From: Endomicrobiia bacterium
GTDB lineage: Bacteria > Elusimicrobiota > Endomicrobiia > Endomicrobiales > Endomicrobiaceae
Assembly: GCA_009776745.1 (NCBI GenBank)
Contig: WRNH01000009.1
Coordinates: 1 to 40,581, forward strand
DNA: 40,581 bases
Direction: 5' to 3'
Shown: positions 26,490 through 34,388 of the stretch, piece by piece
How the letters are laid out: each line of letters begins with the position of its first letter
Numbering within the stretch: position 1 is the first letter of the stretch
Position numbers and translations under genes: made by a program
Notes under the pieces: model-generated
The model's database searches: none
The model's input: only the letters and a program-made list of their open reading frames with translations
Told to the model about the DNA's origin: nothing

Positions 26490-26935
26490 CTTAGAATCAC
26501 GTTAACAGCCTGTAAAATTATATTCGCAATAAATCCGGCGGCCATATCGTCAACGGTTATGCCGAGGCCGCCTTTGATTTTTTGAAGTTTTTTAATAAAA
26601 AACGGTTTTGAAATATCAAAAACCCTGAACAAAATAAATCCCAAAGACAGGAAAAAAACGGTTTTAGGCAAAAACAGCACGGAAAGCCATACTCCGGCAA
26701 CTTCGTCAATAACTATGCGCTGATCGTCTTTTTTATTGTAGATTTTTTCGGCAAGCGACGAAAACAAAACGGACGCAAAAAACATAAATACTGCAGCAGC
26801 AGCCTGAAAATAATAATCCTGCGGAATAAATAAATACCAAAGCAAAATTCCGGCAAGGCTGCCGAAAGTTCCCGGGGCATATTTTATGTATCCCGCTCCA
26901 AAGACCGATGAAACAAATAAAATCAATTTACGCAT
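26486..26935 (-). CDS. pgpA: Phosphatidylglycerophosphatase A
   Basis: About 150 aa membrane protein with GAGYIKYAPGTFGSL and DE.AG PgpA signatures. Overlaps pgsA by 8 nt. Confidence 0.75.
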   Translation of the reverse strand: MRKLILFVSSVFGAGYIKYAPGTFGSLAGILLWYLFIPQDYYFQAAAAVFMFFASVLFSSLAEKIYNKKDDQRIVIDEVAGVWLSVLFLPKTVFFLSLGFILFRVFDISKPFFIKKLQKIKGGLGITVDDMAAGFIANIILQAVNVILR

Positions 26936-27551
26936 TGTCTTTTAAAAGCTCTCTGTGTTTCCATATATAATGCACGCCGGAATAAATCGTCATTATTGTC
27001 GCGGCAAGAGTTGCCCAGTAAGGAGTGTTTTGGAGTACCAACGCAAGCGTACGGTAAGAGCCTCCGTCAAAAGTAATTATCAATTTCGGCGTAATTCCGT
27101 AAAATTTCAGAAAATATTGCTGAATTATAAGTATAAGCAAAACAAGAATAATTACGAATATTTGGGATGTGGTTTTAAATTTTCCTGCTTTGTCGGCCGG
27201 TATGATCACATTCTTTACGGCCGCTATTGAACGTAATCCCGTTATAATAAACTCTCTTGATATAATGGCAATCACCATCCATGCCGGAATACCCAGAATA
27301 TCGATATCCACAAAGCATATAAAAACCGCCGATATTAAAAGCTTATCCGCCAGCGGATCAAGAAAAATGCCCAGCGGCGTAACCGTATTGCTTCTTCTGG
27401 CAATCTGCCCGTCGATGAGATCGGTTATTGACGCAAGGCAGAAAATAATCAAAGCTAAAATACTGCACCAAAAAGTATGCAGTTCAATAAAAACAATAAG
27501 CAGCGGCACCAGACAGATTCTTGTCAGAGTAAGTTTATTCGGCAAATTCAT
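26928..27551 (-). CDS. pgsA: CDP-diacylglycerol--glycerol-3-phosphate 3-phosphatidyltransferase
   Basis: CDP-alcohol phosphatidyltransferase motif DLIDGQIAR ... G.FLDPLADK. Confidence 0.85.
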   Translation of the reverse strand: MNLPNKLTLTRICLVPLLIVFIELHTFWCSILALIIFCLASITDLIDGQIARRSNTVTPLGIFLDPLADKLLISAVFICFVDIDILGIPAWMVIAIISREFIITGLRSIAAVKNVIIPADKAGKFKTTSQIFVIILVLLILIIQQYFLKFYGITPKLIITFDGGSYRTLALVLQNTPYWATLAATIMTIYSGVHYIWKHRELLKDNA

Positions 27552-27651
27552 TTATATACCTTTATTGCTGTTTTTATAAATCCAGCGGCAGGCTGACCCG
27601 CCTTACTTCGCAATCGCCGCAAACAATCCGGACTAAGCGCTCCGCAATGCC

Positions 27652-29163
27652 TCACGCATCAATTTCAGCTTTTATTTTATATCCGTCATTATTTTTTATT
27701 ATTATTTTATAGAACTTTCCGCATTCTAAAGTTTTATCATATAATATTTCCGTGCTTCCGTCTATTTCCGGAGCCTGAAAAACGCTTCTGCCGGAAATCA
27801 AATACTTTTTCCCATGCTTTACGCATTTTTCTGCAAGAAATTCCGTCCTGCCGTTTTGTCTTTTTCGGGCTGCCGAGCCGCCGGACTGATTAACTTCCGC
27901 AGTTAAAGCGTCAATCTTTGCTTTAAAAACATCATATTGCGCTTTTTCAACTTCAACTCTTCTGCGCGCTGCAAGCTCACGGCCGATATGCCTTTTTAAT
28001 TTTGAAGAAGCGGCTTCTTTCTGATCGGAATATTCAAATACTCCCGCATACTGGAAATATCCCGTTTTAATAAAATCTGTCAGCTCTTTTACGTCTTTAT
28101 TTGTTTCGCCCGGAAAACCCGTTATAATTGACGTTCTTAAAACGATGTCCGGAATTTTATTTTTTATCTTTTCAATTACCCGTCTTGTGTTCAACGGTCT
28201 TTTCATCGCGGAAAGCACCTTTCTGCTTATGTGCTGCACCGGAATGTCAATATACTTACATATATTTTTGTACTCCTTAAAAACATCCAGAAACGGATCC
28301 GTTATGCTTGACGGATAAGCGTACATTAACCTTATCCACTTAAAATCAATTTTTGCAAGCTTTGCAAGCAGTTTATCTAAAGCAAATGCGTCGTATATAT
28401 CCAAACCGTAAGAAGTCGTATCCTGAGCTACCAGTATAAGCTCTTTCACGCCGGCCTGAGCCAAAGATTTTGCTTCCGCGTACAGAGAATCTATTGTACG
28501 GCTTGTAAATTTTCCCCTCAAATCCGGAATTATACAAAAACTGCATCTATGATCACACCCTTCGGCAATTTTTAAATAAGCTGAAGGCAAATGAGAAGAC
28601 AGGATCCTTTGTTTTGAATCGTTTAATCCGCCGGGCAAAAGCAAATCATTTGCCAAAAGCGGATTATCCGCTTTTTTATTTAAAATCAAAGCGGGAAGCT
28701 TATCCAAAGCTCCCGTTCCCGTATAACCGTCTATCAAAGGAAATTTTTCAGTTATTTTTTCTTTAAGAAGCTGCGGCAGACAGCCGGTAACATAAACCTT
28801 AATGTTTTTCTTCTTCTTTAAAAGCAGAACATTTTTTATGCATTCTTCGGACTCAACCCTTGCGTCGTGAATAAAAGAACAAGTATGTATAACTACAGCG
28901 TCGGCATCGCTTAAACCGGCGCTTGGCAGATAACCGTTATTTTTTAAAATCCCGAGCAGATACTCGGCTTCTACCGTATTTTTCGGGCAGCCTAAAGTTA
29001 TTACCGCAACCTTTACAGGCGAAGCTGAAAGAGGAGAACGGAAACCGGAATTAACAGCGCCGTATTGCTTTGCGGATTTTTCGCTTCCGCCCATAATGAC
29101 AAGGCTTATCCTTGCTTTTTCCGCTGATTCGTAATTTTTCCTGTCTTTATTTCCATTTTCCAC
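27652..29163 (-). CDS. rimO: Ribosomal protein S12 methylthiotransferase (radical SAM, MTTase N-domain plus TRAM)
   Basis: KVAVITLGCPKN MTTase N-domain and the radical-SAM CxxxCxxC (CDHRCSFC). C-terminal TRAM-like region. The ORF-track start is GTG at 29161-29163 with no SD. The first ATG is at 29092-29094. The true N-terminus is uncertain. Confidence 0.78.
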   Translation of the reverse strand: MENGNKDRKNYESAEKARISLVIMGGSEKSAKQYGAVNSGFRSPLSASPVKVAVITLGCPKNTVEAEYLLGILKNNGYLPSAGLSDADAVVIHTCSFIHDARVESEECIKNVLLLKKKKNIKVYVTGCLPQLLKEKITEKFPLIDGYTGTGALDKLPALILNKKADNPLLANDLLLPGGLNDSKQRILSSHLPSAYLKIAEGCDHRCSFCIIPDLRGKFTSRTIDSLYAEAKSLAQAGVKELILVAQDTTSYGLDIYDAFALDKLLAKLAKIDFKWIRLMYAYPSSITDPFLDVFKEYKNICKYIDIPVQHISRKVLSAMKRPLNTRRVIEKIKNKIPDIVLRTSIITGFPGETNKDVKELTDFIKTGYFQYAGVFEYSDQKEAASSKLKRHIGRELAARRRVEVEKAQYDVFKAKIDALTAEVNQSGGSAARKRQNGRTEFLAEKCVKHGKKYLISGRSVFQAPEIDGSTEILYDKTLECGKFYKIIIKNNDGYKIKAEIDA

Positions 29164-29172
29164 TTTTCACTT

Positions 29173-30141
29173 TCAACTTTGTCTTTTTAAGACTACGGTA
29201 TTAACATCCTGCACTGCGCCTGCGTCAACATCAATTTTAATGCCGTTAAAAAAAACGTCAACTCCGGGAGTATATCCTATTTTGACATTAAATTCGTCAT
29301 TTGCTTTCCAGGTCTTCTTCGTTCCTTTGACTATAGTTCCCTGAAAAAATTCCCTGCCGTCGCCCTCAACTCTTATCCATACGTTTTCAATAGCAATGAT
29401 TTCAAGTTCCTGCTTGTCATTTTGCTGTTTTACGGCAGGAACTGCCGCTGTCTGAATCTCGTTTACATTCCGTATAGCGGCGGATTCGGATTTTGGAGCC
29501 GGCTGCGCGACGATCTGTTCATGCTTTTGAGGAAAAGGCTTCAGCGCTTCATTCGCGCCGTTTTCCGTATCCTTTTTATTACTTTCAGCTGATATTTCCA
29601 CGGGCATGTTCCGCTCTTTAAGTTCCCGTTCTCTTTGCTCGCGAAGTTCCTGCATCTTTTGAATTTGCATTTTTTTTTGTTCTATGGCAGGAATTCTGTC
29701 GGGATTTTCTTCGGTGAATGCCGAAATATTTTTATTCATATATAAAAAAGCCGCGCATAAAACCAAAGCTATAAAAACCGTAATAAATAACTTTTTTAAA
29801 TCGCCGCCGCTTTCTTTGGCAGATTTTGCTTTAGGCTTTTTTGATATAAAACCGTTCTTGTTTTTTTCATTTTTTGCGGAACCGCCGCCGTCCTCGTTTC
29901 CTTCGCTCTCATTTTTTCTTTTTTCATATTGGGCGAGCAAATCATCTCCGTTAAGCCCCAAATATCTGGCATAAGACTTAACAAAACTTTTATAATAAAT
30001 TTCCGCGGAAAACACCGTCTCATCGCCGTCTTCGATAGCCGAAATATATTTTTCCTGAATTTTTGTCGCTCTGTGGACTTTGTCTAAATCCAAGCCCTGT
30101 TCTTCACGTTTATCTTTTAAAATTTTCCCGAGTTCTTTCAT
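29173..30141 (-). CDS. rodZ: Cytoskeleton protein RodZ (N-terminal XRE-type HTH, single TM, C-terminal DUF4115-like domain)
   Basis: N-terminal HTH (LGKILKDKREEQGLDLDKVHRATKI), a basic/acidic linker, the TM helix LFITVFIALVLCAAFLYM and a beta-rich C-terminus. ATG verified. Confidence 0.7.
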   Translation of the reverse strand: MKELGKILKDKREEQGLDLDKVHRATKIQEKYISAIEDGDETVFSAEIYYKSFVKSYARYLGLNGDDLLAQYEKRKNESEGNEDGGGSAKNEKNKNGFISKKPKAKSAKESGGDLKKLFITVFIALVLCAAFLYMNKNISAFTEENPDRIPAIEQKKMQIQKMQELREQRERELKERNMPVEISAESNKKDTENGANEALKPFPQKHEQIVAQPAPKSESAAIRNVNEIQTAAVPAVKQQNDKQELEIIAIENVWIRVEGDGREFFQGTIVKGTKKTWKANDEFNVKIGYTPGVDVFFNGIKIDVDAGAVQDVNTVVLKRQS

Positions 30142-30151
30142 TAATAATATC

Positions 30152-30808
30152 CTAGTTAAGTTCTATAATTTCTACGCCTTCCGGAGCTGTAAATTTAAAA
30201 ACGTCTTTTTTAATATTCCGGTTTACTTTATATTCGCCGATATTCACGTTTACGACAAGTCCCGCGGCCGTAACGACCGCTTTTGCGGGGAGCATAGTTG
30301 TTTTGTCCACGTGAAGCTGCATGTTCCACTCATTTTTTTGCGCCGGAACTATTTCGATGATATGATTTTTTTCATCTTCTCCGATATAATTTATTGAATT
30401 GTCTTTCCGTATAGTCTTCCAATTGCTTCCGAAGTTTACCATTGATGTCGGCGTAAAATCTCCGTTGATAACGTCTTTCCAGTTATCTACCACGGCCTGC
30501 GAATTTTCGGGAGTGTATATCGTAATCTTTTTGCCGTCGATATAAATCCTTTGTTCCTGGGGAGTTTTCTGGACTATAAAAATACTGTTCGGTTTCTTAT
30601 ATTTCAGATTACCGGTAATATTCTGCGTCTCTTTTGTCGCAGAATAAAATATTTCCTGGGTATAAGTAATTTCAGCGGCGTCCATTTTTTTATCGACCGC
30701 TTCCATCTTGGCCAGCACATCGTTCAATTTTATCTCATTTGTCTGCGCAAAAGCATTCATAGAAAAAACCGTTAAAACGGCAAATGCAAAAATATTTATC
30801 TTTTTCAT
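30152..30808 (-). CDS. lolA: LolA-like periplasmic lipoprotein carrier
   Basis: Signal peptide, about 200 aa mature protein, LolA-like pattern (G.L.YKKPN..FIVQ.TP.EQ.IY.DGK...YTP). Its position immediately downstream of ftsK mirrors the ftsK-lolA linkage seen in many diderms. Confidence 0.55.
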   Translation of the reverse strand: MKKINIFAFAVLTVFSMNAFAQTNEIKLNDVLAKMEAVDKKMDAAEITYTQEIFYSATKETQNITGNLKYKKPNSIFIVQKTPQEQRIYIDGKKITIYTPENSQAVVDNWKDVINGDFTPTSMVNFGSNWKTIRKDNSINYIGEDEKNHIIEIVPAQKNEWNMQLHVDKTTMLPAKAVVTAAGLVVNVNIGEYKVNRNIKKDVFKFTAPEGVEIIELN

Positions 30809-30809
30809 T

Positions 30810-31307
30810 TTAATACCCCCTTAACTGTTCGTTAATTTTTTCATTATTTATAAGCCAATCCGAAGCCCCGCTCCGCTTGACTATATAACCGTTATCCTGC
30901 AAATACTGCAGCAGTTCTTTTGCCTTAGAGTAAGAACCGAAGTTTATTTCTAAAAGATCAAGCGATACCCTCTGGCGGTCTTTTATAAGTTTAAGGACTG
31001 GCATAAGATCTTTCATTGCATTTCTGGAACCGGCTGTCGCAGCAGACGTATCGATAGGGTTTCCTCTTTGCTCATGCATTCTGAGTATCTTATTCTGCGC
31101 TACAAGAGCTTTTTTAGGCAGCCCCAGATATTCGCAATAGTAAGATAAAATATCGTCATAATTTTCCAAATTGATAAAAAGCGCGGTATCTCCGTCTTCC
31201 AATCCTTCCAGCAGCATCGCTATTATTCCGGTTTCTTTTGAAACATCATCGATAGAAAGCCCTTTTGCTTCACGTTTTTCTTTTAAGTATTCTCCGATTT
31301 CTTTCAT
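30810..31307 (-). CDS. Small soluble protein (165 aa) combining a RodZ-like N-terminal HTH domain with an FtsK-gamma-like winged-helix C-terminal domain
   Basis: The N-terminal roughly 75 aa are paralogous to the RodZ N-terminus in this window (MKEIGEYLKEKREAKGLSIDDV.. vs MKELGKILKDKREEQGLDLDKV..; ..YCEYLGL vs ..YARYLGL). The C-terminal roughly 60 aa are paralogous to the FtsK C-terminus in this window (LMPVLKLIKDRQRVSLDLLEINFGSYSKAKELLQYLQDNGYIVKRSGASDWLIN.EKINE vs LIPALTLINERKRVSQDLLKANFGSSARATNILSVLEMKGFITKPEGTNKWQINYDKINE). There is no TM segment. ATG with an AAGAGGTG SD. The stop is 1 nt from the lolA ATG. Confidence 0.6.
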   Translation of the reverse strand: MKEIGEYLKEKREAKGLSIDDVSKETGIIAMLLEGLEDGDTALFINLENYDDILSYYCEYLGLPKKALVAQNKILRMHEQRGNPIDTSAATAGSRNAMKDLMPVLKLIKDRQRVSLDLLEINFGSYSKAKELLQYLQDNGYIVKRSGASDWLINNEKINEQLRGY

Positions 31308-31320
31308 TTTGGCACCTCTT

Positions 31321-33495
31321 TTAGGAATTCATGTCCAGATACTCATTTATTTTATCATAATTTATCTGCCATTTGTTAGTGCCTTCGGGTTTTGTTATAA
31401 AACCTTTCATTTCAAGAACGCTCAATATATTAGTCGCGCGGGCAGAACTTCCGAAATTCGCTTTAAGCAGATCCTGCGAAACTCTTTTGCGTTCGTTAAT
31501 AAGAGTAAGCGCCGGAATCAAATCTTTCAAGCTTTTTTCCTCTATAAGGTCAAGTTTTTCGCCCGACACTTCAACGGCTATAGGCTCGTATATCCTCGGA
31601 AAATTTTGACCGTTTATAAACTCGATTATCTTTTCCGCCTCTTTTAACGATACGTACGCCCCCTGCAAACGCGCCGGTCTTGCTTCTCCCGGAGGCAAAA
31701 ACAGCATATCTCCTTTTCCGATCAGATCTTCGGCTCCAAGCGCGTCCAATATAACGCGGGAATCTATTTTTGACGTTGTCTGAAACGACAGCCGCGCCGG
31801 AAAATTAGCTTTGATTACTCCGGTAATAACATTTACCGACGGCCTTTGCGTCGCAAGTATCAAATGGATCCCTACTGCTCTTGCCATTTGGGCAAGCCTT
31901 TGCACGGAATCTTCGATCTCCTTTTGCGCGACAAGCATCAAATCCGCGAGTTCGTCTATTATTACCACAATATAGAATTCTTTTTCCCTTCCTTCCTCGA
32001 TCATTTTATTATTGTAATCTTCAATATTTCTGACCATTTCTCCGGCAAACTTCATATATCTTTCTTCCATGACGGTTACAAGTTTCTTTAACGCCGACGC
32101 GGCTTCTCTGGGGTTTGTAATAATATCAGCGTCTGCGGCGCAAGAGCACGGATTATAAAGATGCGGAATATCTTTGTAAATAGGCATTTCAACGCGTTTC
32201 GGGTCTATCAGCATAAATTTAACTTCATCAGGGCGCGCTTTATATAAAATTGAAAGTATTATGGTATGGATGCCGACGCTTTTTCCCGAGCCGGTAGCTC
32301 CGGCAATAAGCAAATGAGGCATTGCCGCCAGATTTGCGACATAGCCTTCTCCGTCGGTCGTTTTTCCGAGCGCCAGAGAAAGAAGCGATTTCGAATTCTC
32401 AAAAGCGCGGCTTTCCAAAATCCCGCGAAGCCCCACTATAACGCTTTCGGGATTTGGCGCTTCTATGCCCACGGCGGCTTTTTCGGGTATAGGCACGACT
32501 CTTATTGACGATGTCCTCATCGTAAGAGATATATTGTCAATAATATTTGAAACCGCCTGTATTTTTACGCCCGGAGCCAAAACTAAATCATAACGCGTAA
32601 CTACGGGGCCCGGTATAATATCTTTTACTTCAGCGGCAATATCGAAATCCGCAAGCGTTTTTCTTAAAAGCTCGGCTCTTTCAAGAAGCTTGTCTTTATT
32701 TGTTTCAAAACTTACAGCCGGATCATTTTTCAATATATTCGTCGAAGGCAGCTTGTAGTCAAAACTCTTGCTTTCGATTTTTTCCGGTTTATGTTTTTCT
32801 TTTTCCGCCTTTTCTTTGACGACCTTTTCATCTTTTTCTTTTTTGCCGACTATATTAGGCTTAACGGGTTCGGGTTTTGAAACAACCGTAGGCTCCTCCG
32901 TCCTGACAACGGGAGGTTCCGGCTTTCTTTCCAAAACATTAGGCTTAAGTTTTTCTTTAGCGTTTTTATCTTTTTGGGAATCTTCCGTAAACCCTTTGAT
33001 AAAATGATATATTGCCGAGCTTAACGAAATTCTGAAAAGTTTTGCCGCGGAATATATAAAAATTATCGCCGTGACCGAAAATCCCAGCGTTATGCCCAAA
33101 AGCTGCTCAAAAAAAGGAAATAACTTATCTCCTATCCAGCCGCCGTAGGTGTTGATTTCAAACAAAAGCCCCGAGAATGAAAACAAAACCGCTCCCGAGA
33201 TCATACAGAAAACCGACCATATAAAATCCATTCTCCCTCTCAATTCAAGGGATTTGCTTATCTGCACTATAAAAAACCAAAGAAATATGAAAGGAAGAAT
33301 ATAAGTAGCGGTGCCGAACATTTGAAACATTATATTTGTAAACCCTTTGCCTATCATGCCGGAACTGTCAGGCACTATCACGGCATACGCGCATACAAAC
33401 GCCGCCAAAACAAAAAACAGGGCGACAACTTCCCTGTTTCTGTTTGCATTATTCATTTTTTGTTTTTTATTTTTTGTTTTATTTTCTCTAGCCAC
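31321..33495 (-). CDS. ftsK: DNA translocase FtsK (N-terminal 4-TM domain, Pro/Lys/Glu-rich linker, RecA-like motor, C-terminal gamma domain)
   Basis: Walker A LIAGATGSGKSVGI and Walker B IVVIIDELADLM. The ORF-track start is GTG at 33493-33495 with an AGAGGA SD. An in-frame ATG lies at 33456. Confidence 0.9.
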   Translation of the reverse strand: MARENKTKNKKQKMNNANRNREVVALFFVLAAFVCAYAVIVPDSSGMIGKGFTNIMFQMFGTATYILPFIFLWFFIVQISKSLELRGRMDFIWSVFCMISGAVLFSFSGLLFEINTYGGWIGDKLFPFFEQLLGITLGFSVTAIIFIYSAAKLFRISLSSAIYHFIKGFTEDSQKDKNAKEKLKPNVLERKPEPPVVRTEEPTVVSKPEPVKPNIVGKKEKDEKVVKEKAEKEKHKPEKIESKSFDYKLPSTNILKNDPAVSFETNKDKLLERAELLRKTLADFDIAAEVKDIIPGPVVTRYDLVLAPGVKIQAVSNIIDNISLTMRTSSIRVVPIPEKAAVGIEAPNPESVIVGLRGILESRAFENSKSLLSLALGKTTDGEGYVANLAAMPHLLIAGATGSGKSVGIHTIILSILYKARPDEVKFMLIDPKRVEMPIYKDIPHLYNPCSCAADADIITNPREAASALKKLVTVMEERYMKFAGEMVRNIEDYNNKMIEEGREKEFYIVVIIDELADLMLVAQKEIEDSVQRLAQMARAVGIHLILATQRPSVNVITGVIKANFPARLSFQTTSKIDSRVILDALGAEDLIGKGDMLFLPPGEARPARLQGAYVSLKEAEKIIEFINGQNFPRIYEPIAVEVSGEKLDLIEEKSLKDLIPALTLINERKRVSQDLLKANFGSSARATNILSVLEMKGFITKPEGTNKWQINYDKINEYLDMNS

Positions 33496-33569
33496 TTTTT
33501 CTGTCCTCTGGAATTGTAATGCATACCAAAAACTGAACTGAGAGGCCTCAGAAAATCATTTGCCTTATG

Positions 33570-33776
33570 TTATTTAAGAGATATTCTGTAGCTGTAATCC
33601 TGCTGCACAATATTGACTTTATTTTCTCTTGCAAGCCAGCCCAAAGCAAGATACAGCATTGTGTTCGACAAGCCTAAATTCGCCTTAATCTTTATAGGAG
33701 ACGACTCTCCGTTTTCAAGCAAATAATTCCAAACCTCTCCCGCCGCAAATCCTACTCTGTCAATCATATCAGCCAT
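33570..33776 (-). CDS. Small winged-helix (DUF2582-like) protein
   Basis: 68 aa. The ATG at 33774-33776 (MADMIDRV) has an AAGGGG SD. The ORF-track start at 33806 is GTG. A single wHTH-sized fold is predicted. Confidence 0.4.
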   Translation of the reverse strand: MADMIDRVGFAAGEVWNYLLENGESSPIKIKANLGLSNTMLYLALGWLARENKVNIVQQDYSYRISLK

Positions 33777-33814
33777 TATTTTACCCCTTAAAAATACAAT
33801 TTTCACTTTAGATA

Positions 33815-33828
33815 GGTTTTTAGAGAGA
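33815..33828. repeat. Solo MITE terminus GGTTTTTAGAGAGA, the exact reverse complement of the TCTCTCTAAAAACC terminus
   Basis: Perfect 14-mer. I found no partner terminus within about 300 bp. It lies between the accB stop and the small wHTH gene. Confidence 0.5.
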
Positions 33829-33848
33829 TCCGATTATTATTTGCCGTT

Positions 33849-34310
33849 TTAGACTTTTTCAACTTCAAACAAATCCTGCCCCGAATTTACGGGTTTTCCG
33901 TTTTCCGCCAAAATTTTCACGATCTTAACTTTGAACGTGGCTTTTATTTCATTCATAACTTTCATAGCTTCGACAATACATAATGTTTTGCCGGTCTCAA
34001 CAATATCTCCCTCTTTTGCAAACGCGGGAGACGACGGAGACGGAGATTTATAAAATACTCCCGTTATCGGAGATTTTATAGTTTCCCCCGAAACTGCCGC
34101 TTCATGTTTAGGCTGCTGTTCAGTCTGAACTTCAGCCGCAGCCGCCTGCGTTTTTACAGGCGCTGCCGCAGCAAATTGTTTTACTTCATCAGGGTTTTTT
34201 CTCTTAATGCAAAGTTTATAATCTTTGGAATTGACTTCCAATTCTTCGATTTTTTCATCTTTCATTATCTCATAAAGAGATTTCACTTTGTCTTTAATGT
34301 CATTTGCCAT
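33849..34310 (-). CDS. accB: Acetyl-CoA carboxylase biotin carboxyl carrier protein
   Basis: Ala/Gln-rich linker and a C-terminal biotinyl domain with EAMKVMNEI (biotinyl-Lys motif). The ATG at 34308-34310 (MANDIKDKV) is used rather than the upstream alternative start. Confidence 0.82.
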   Translation of the reverse strand: MANDIKDKVKSLYEIMKDEKIEELEVNSKDYKLCIKRKNPDEVKQFAAAAPVKTQAAAAEVQTEQQPKHEAAVSGETIKSPITGVFYKSPSPSSPAFAKEGDIVETGKTLCIVEAMKVMNEIKATFKVKIVKILAENGKPVNSGQDLFEVEKV

Positions 34311-34388
34311 GATAAACCCTTTTAACGGCAGTAGCGAATAATTGTTATGCGCGGCTTTGCCCCGCCAGAGGCTGCACAACTGCCTTTA

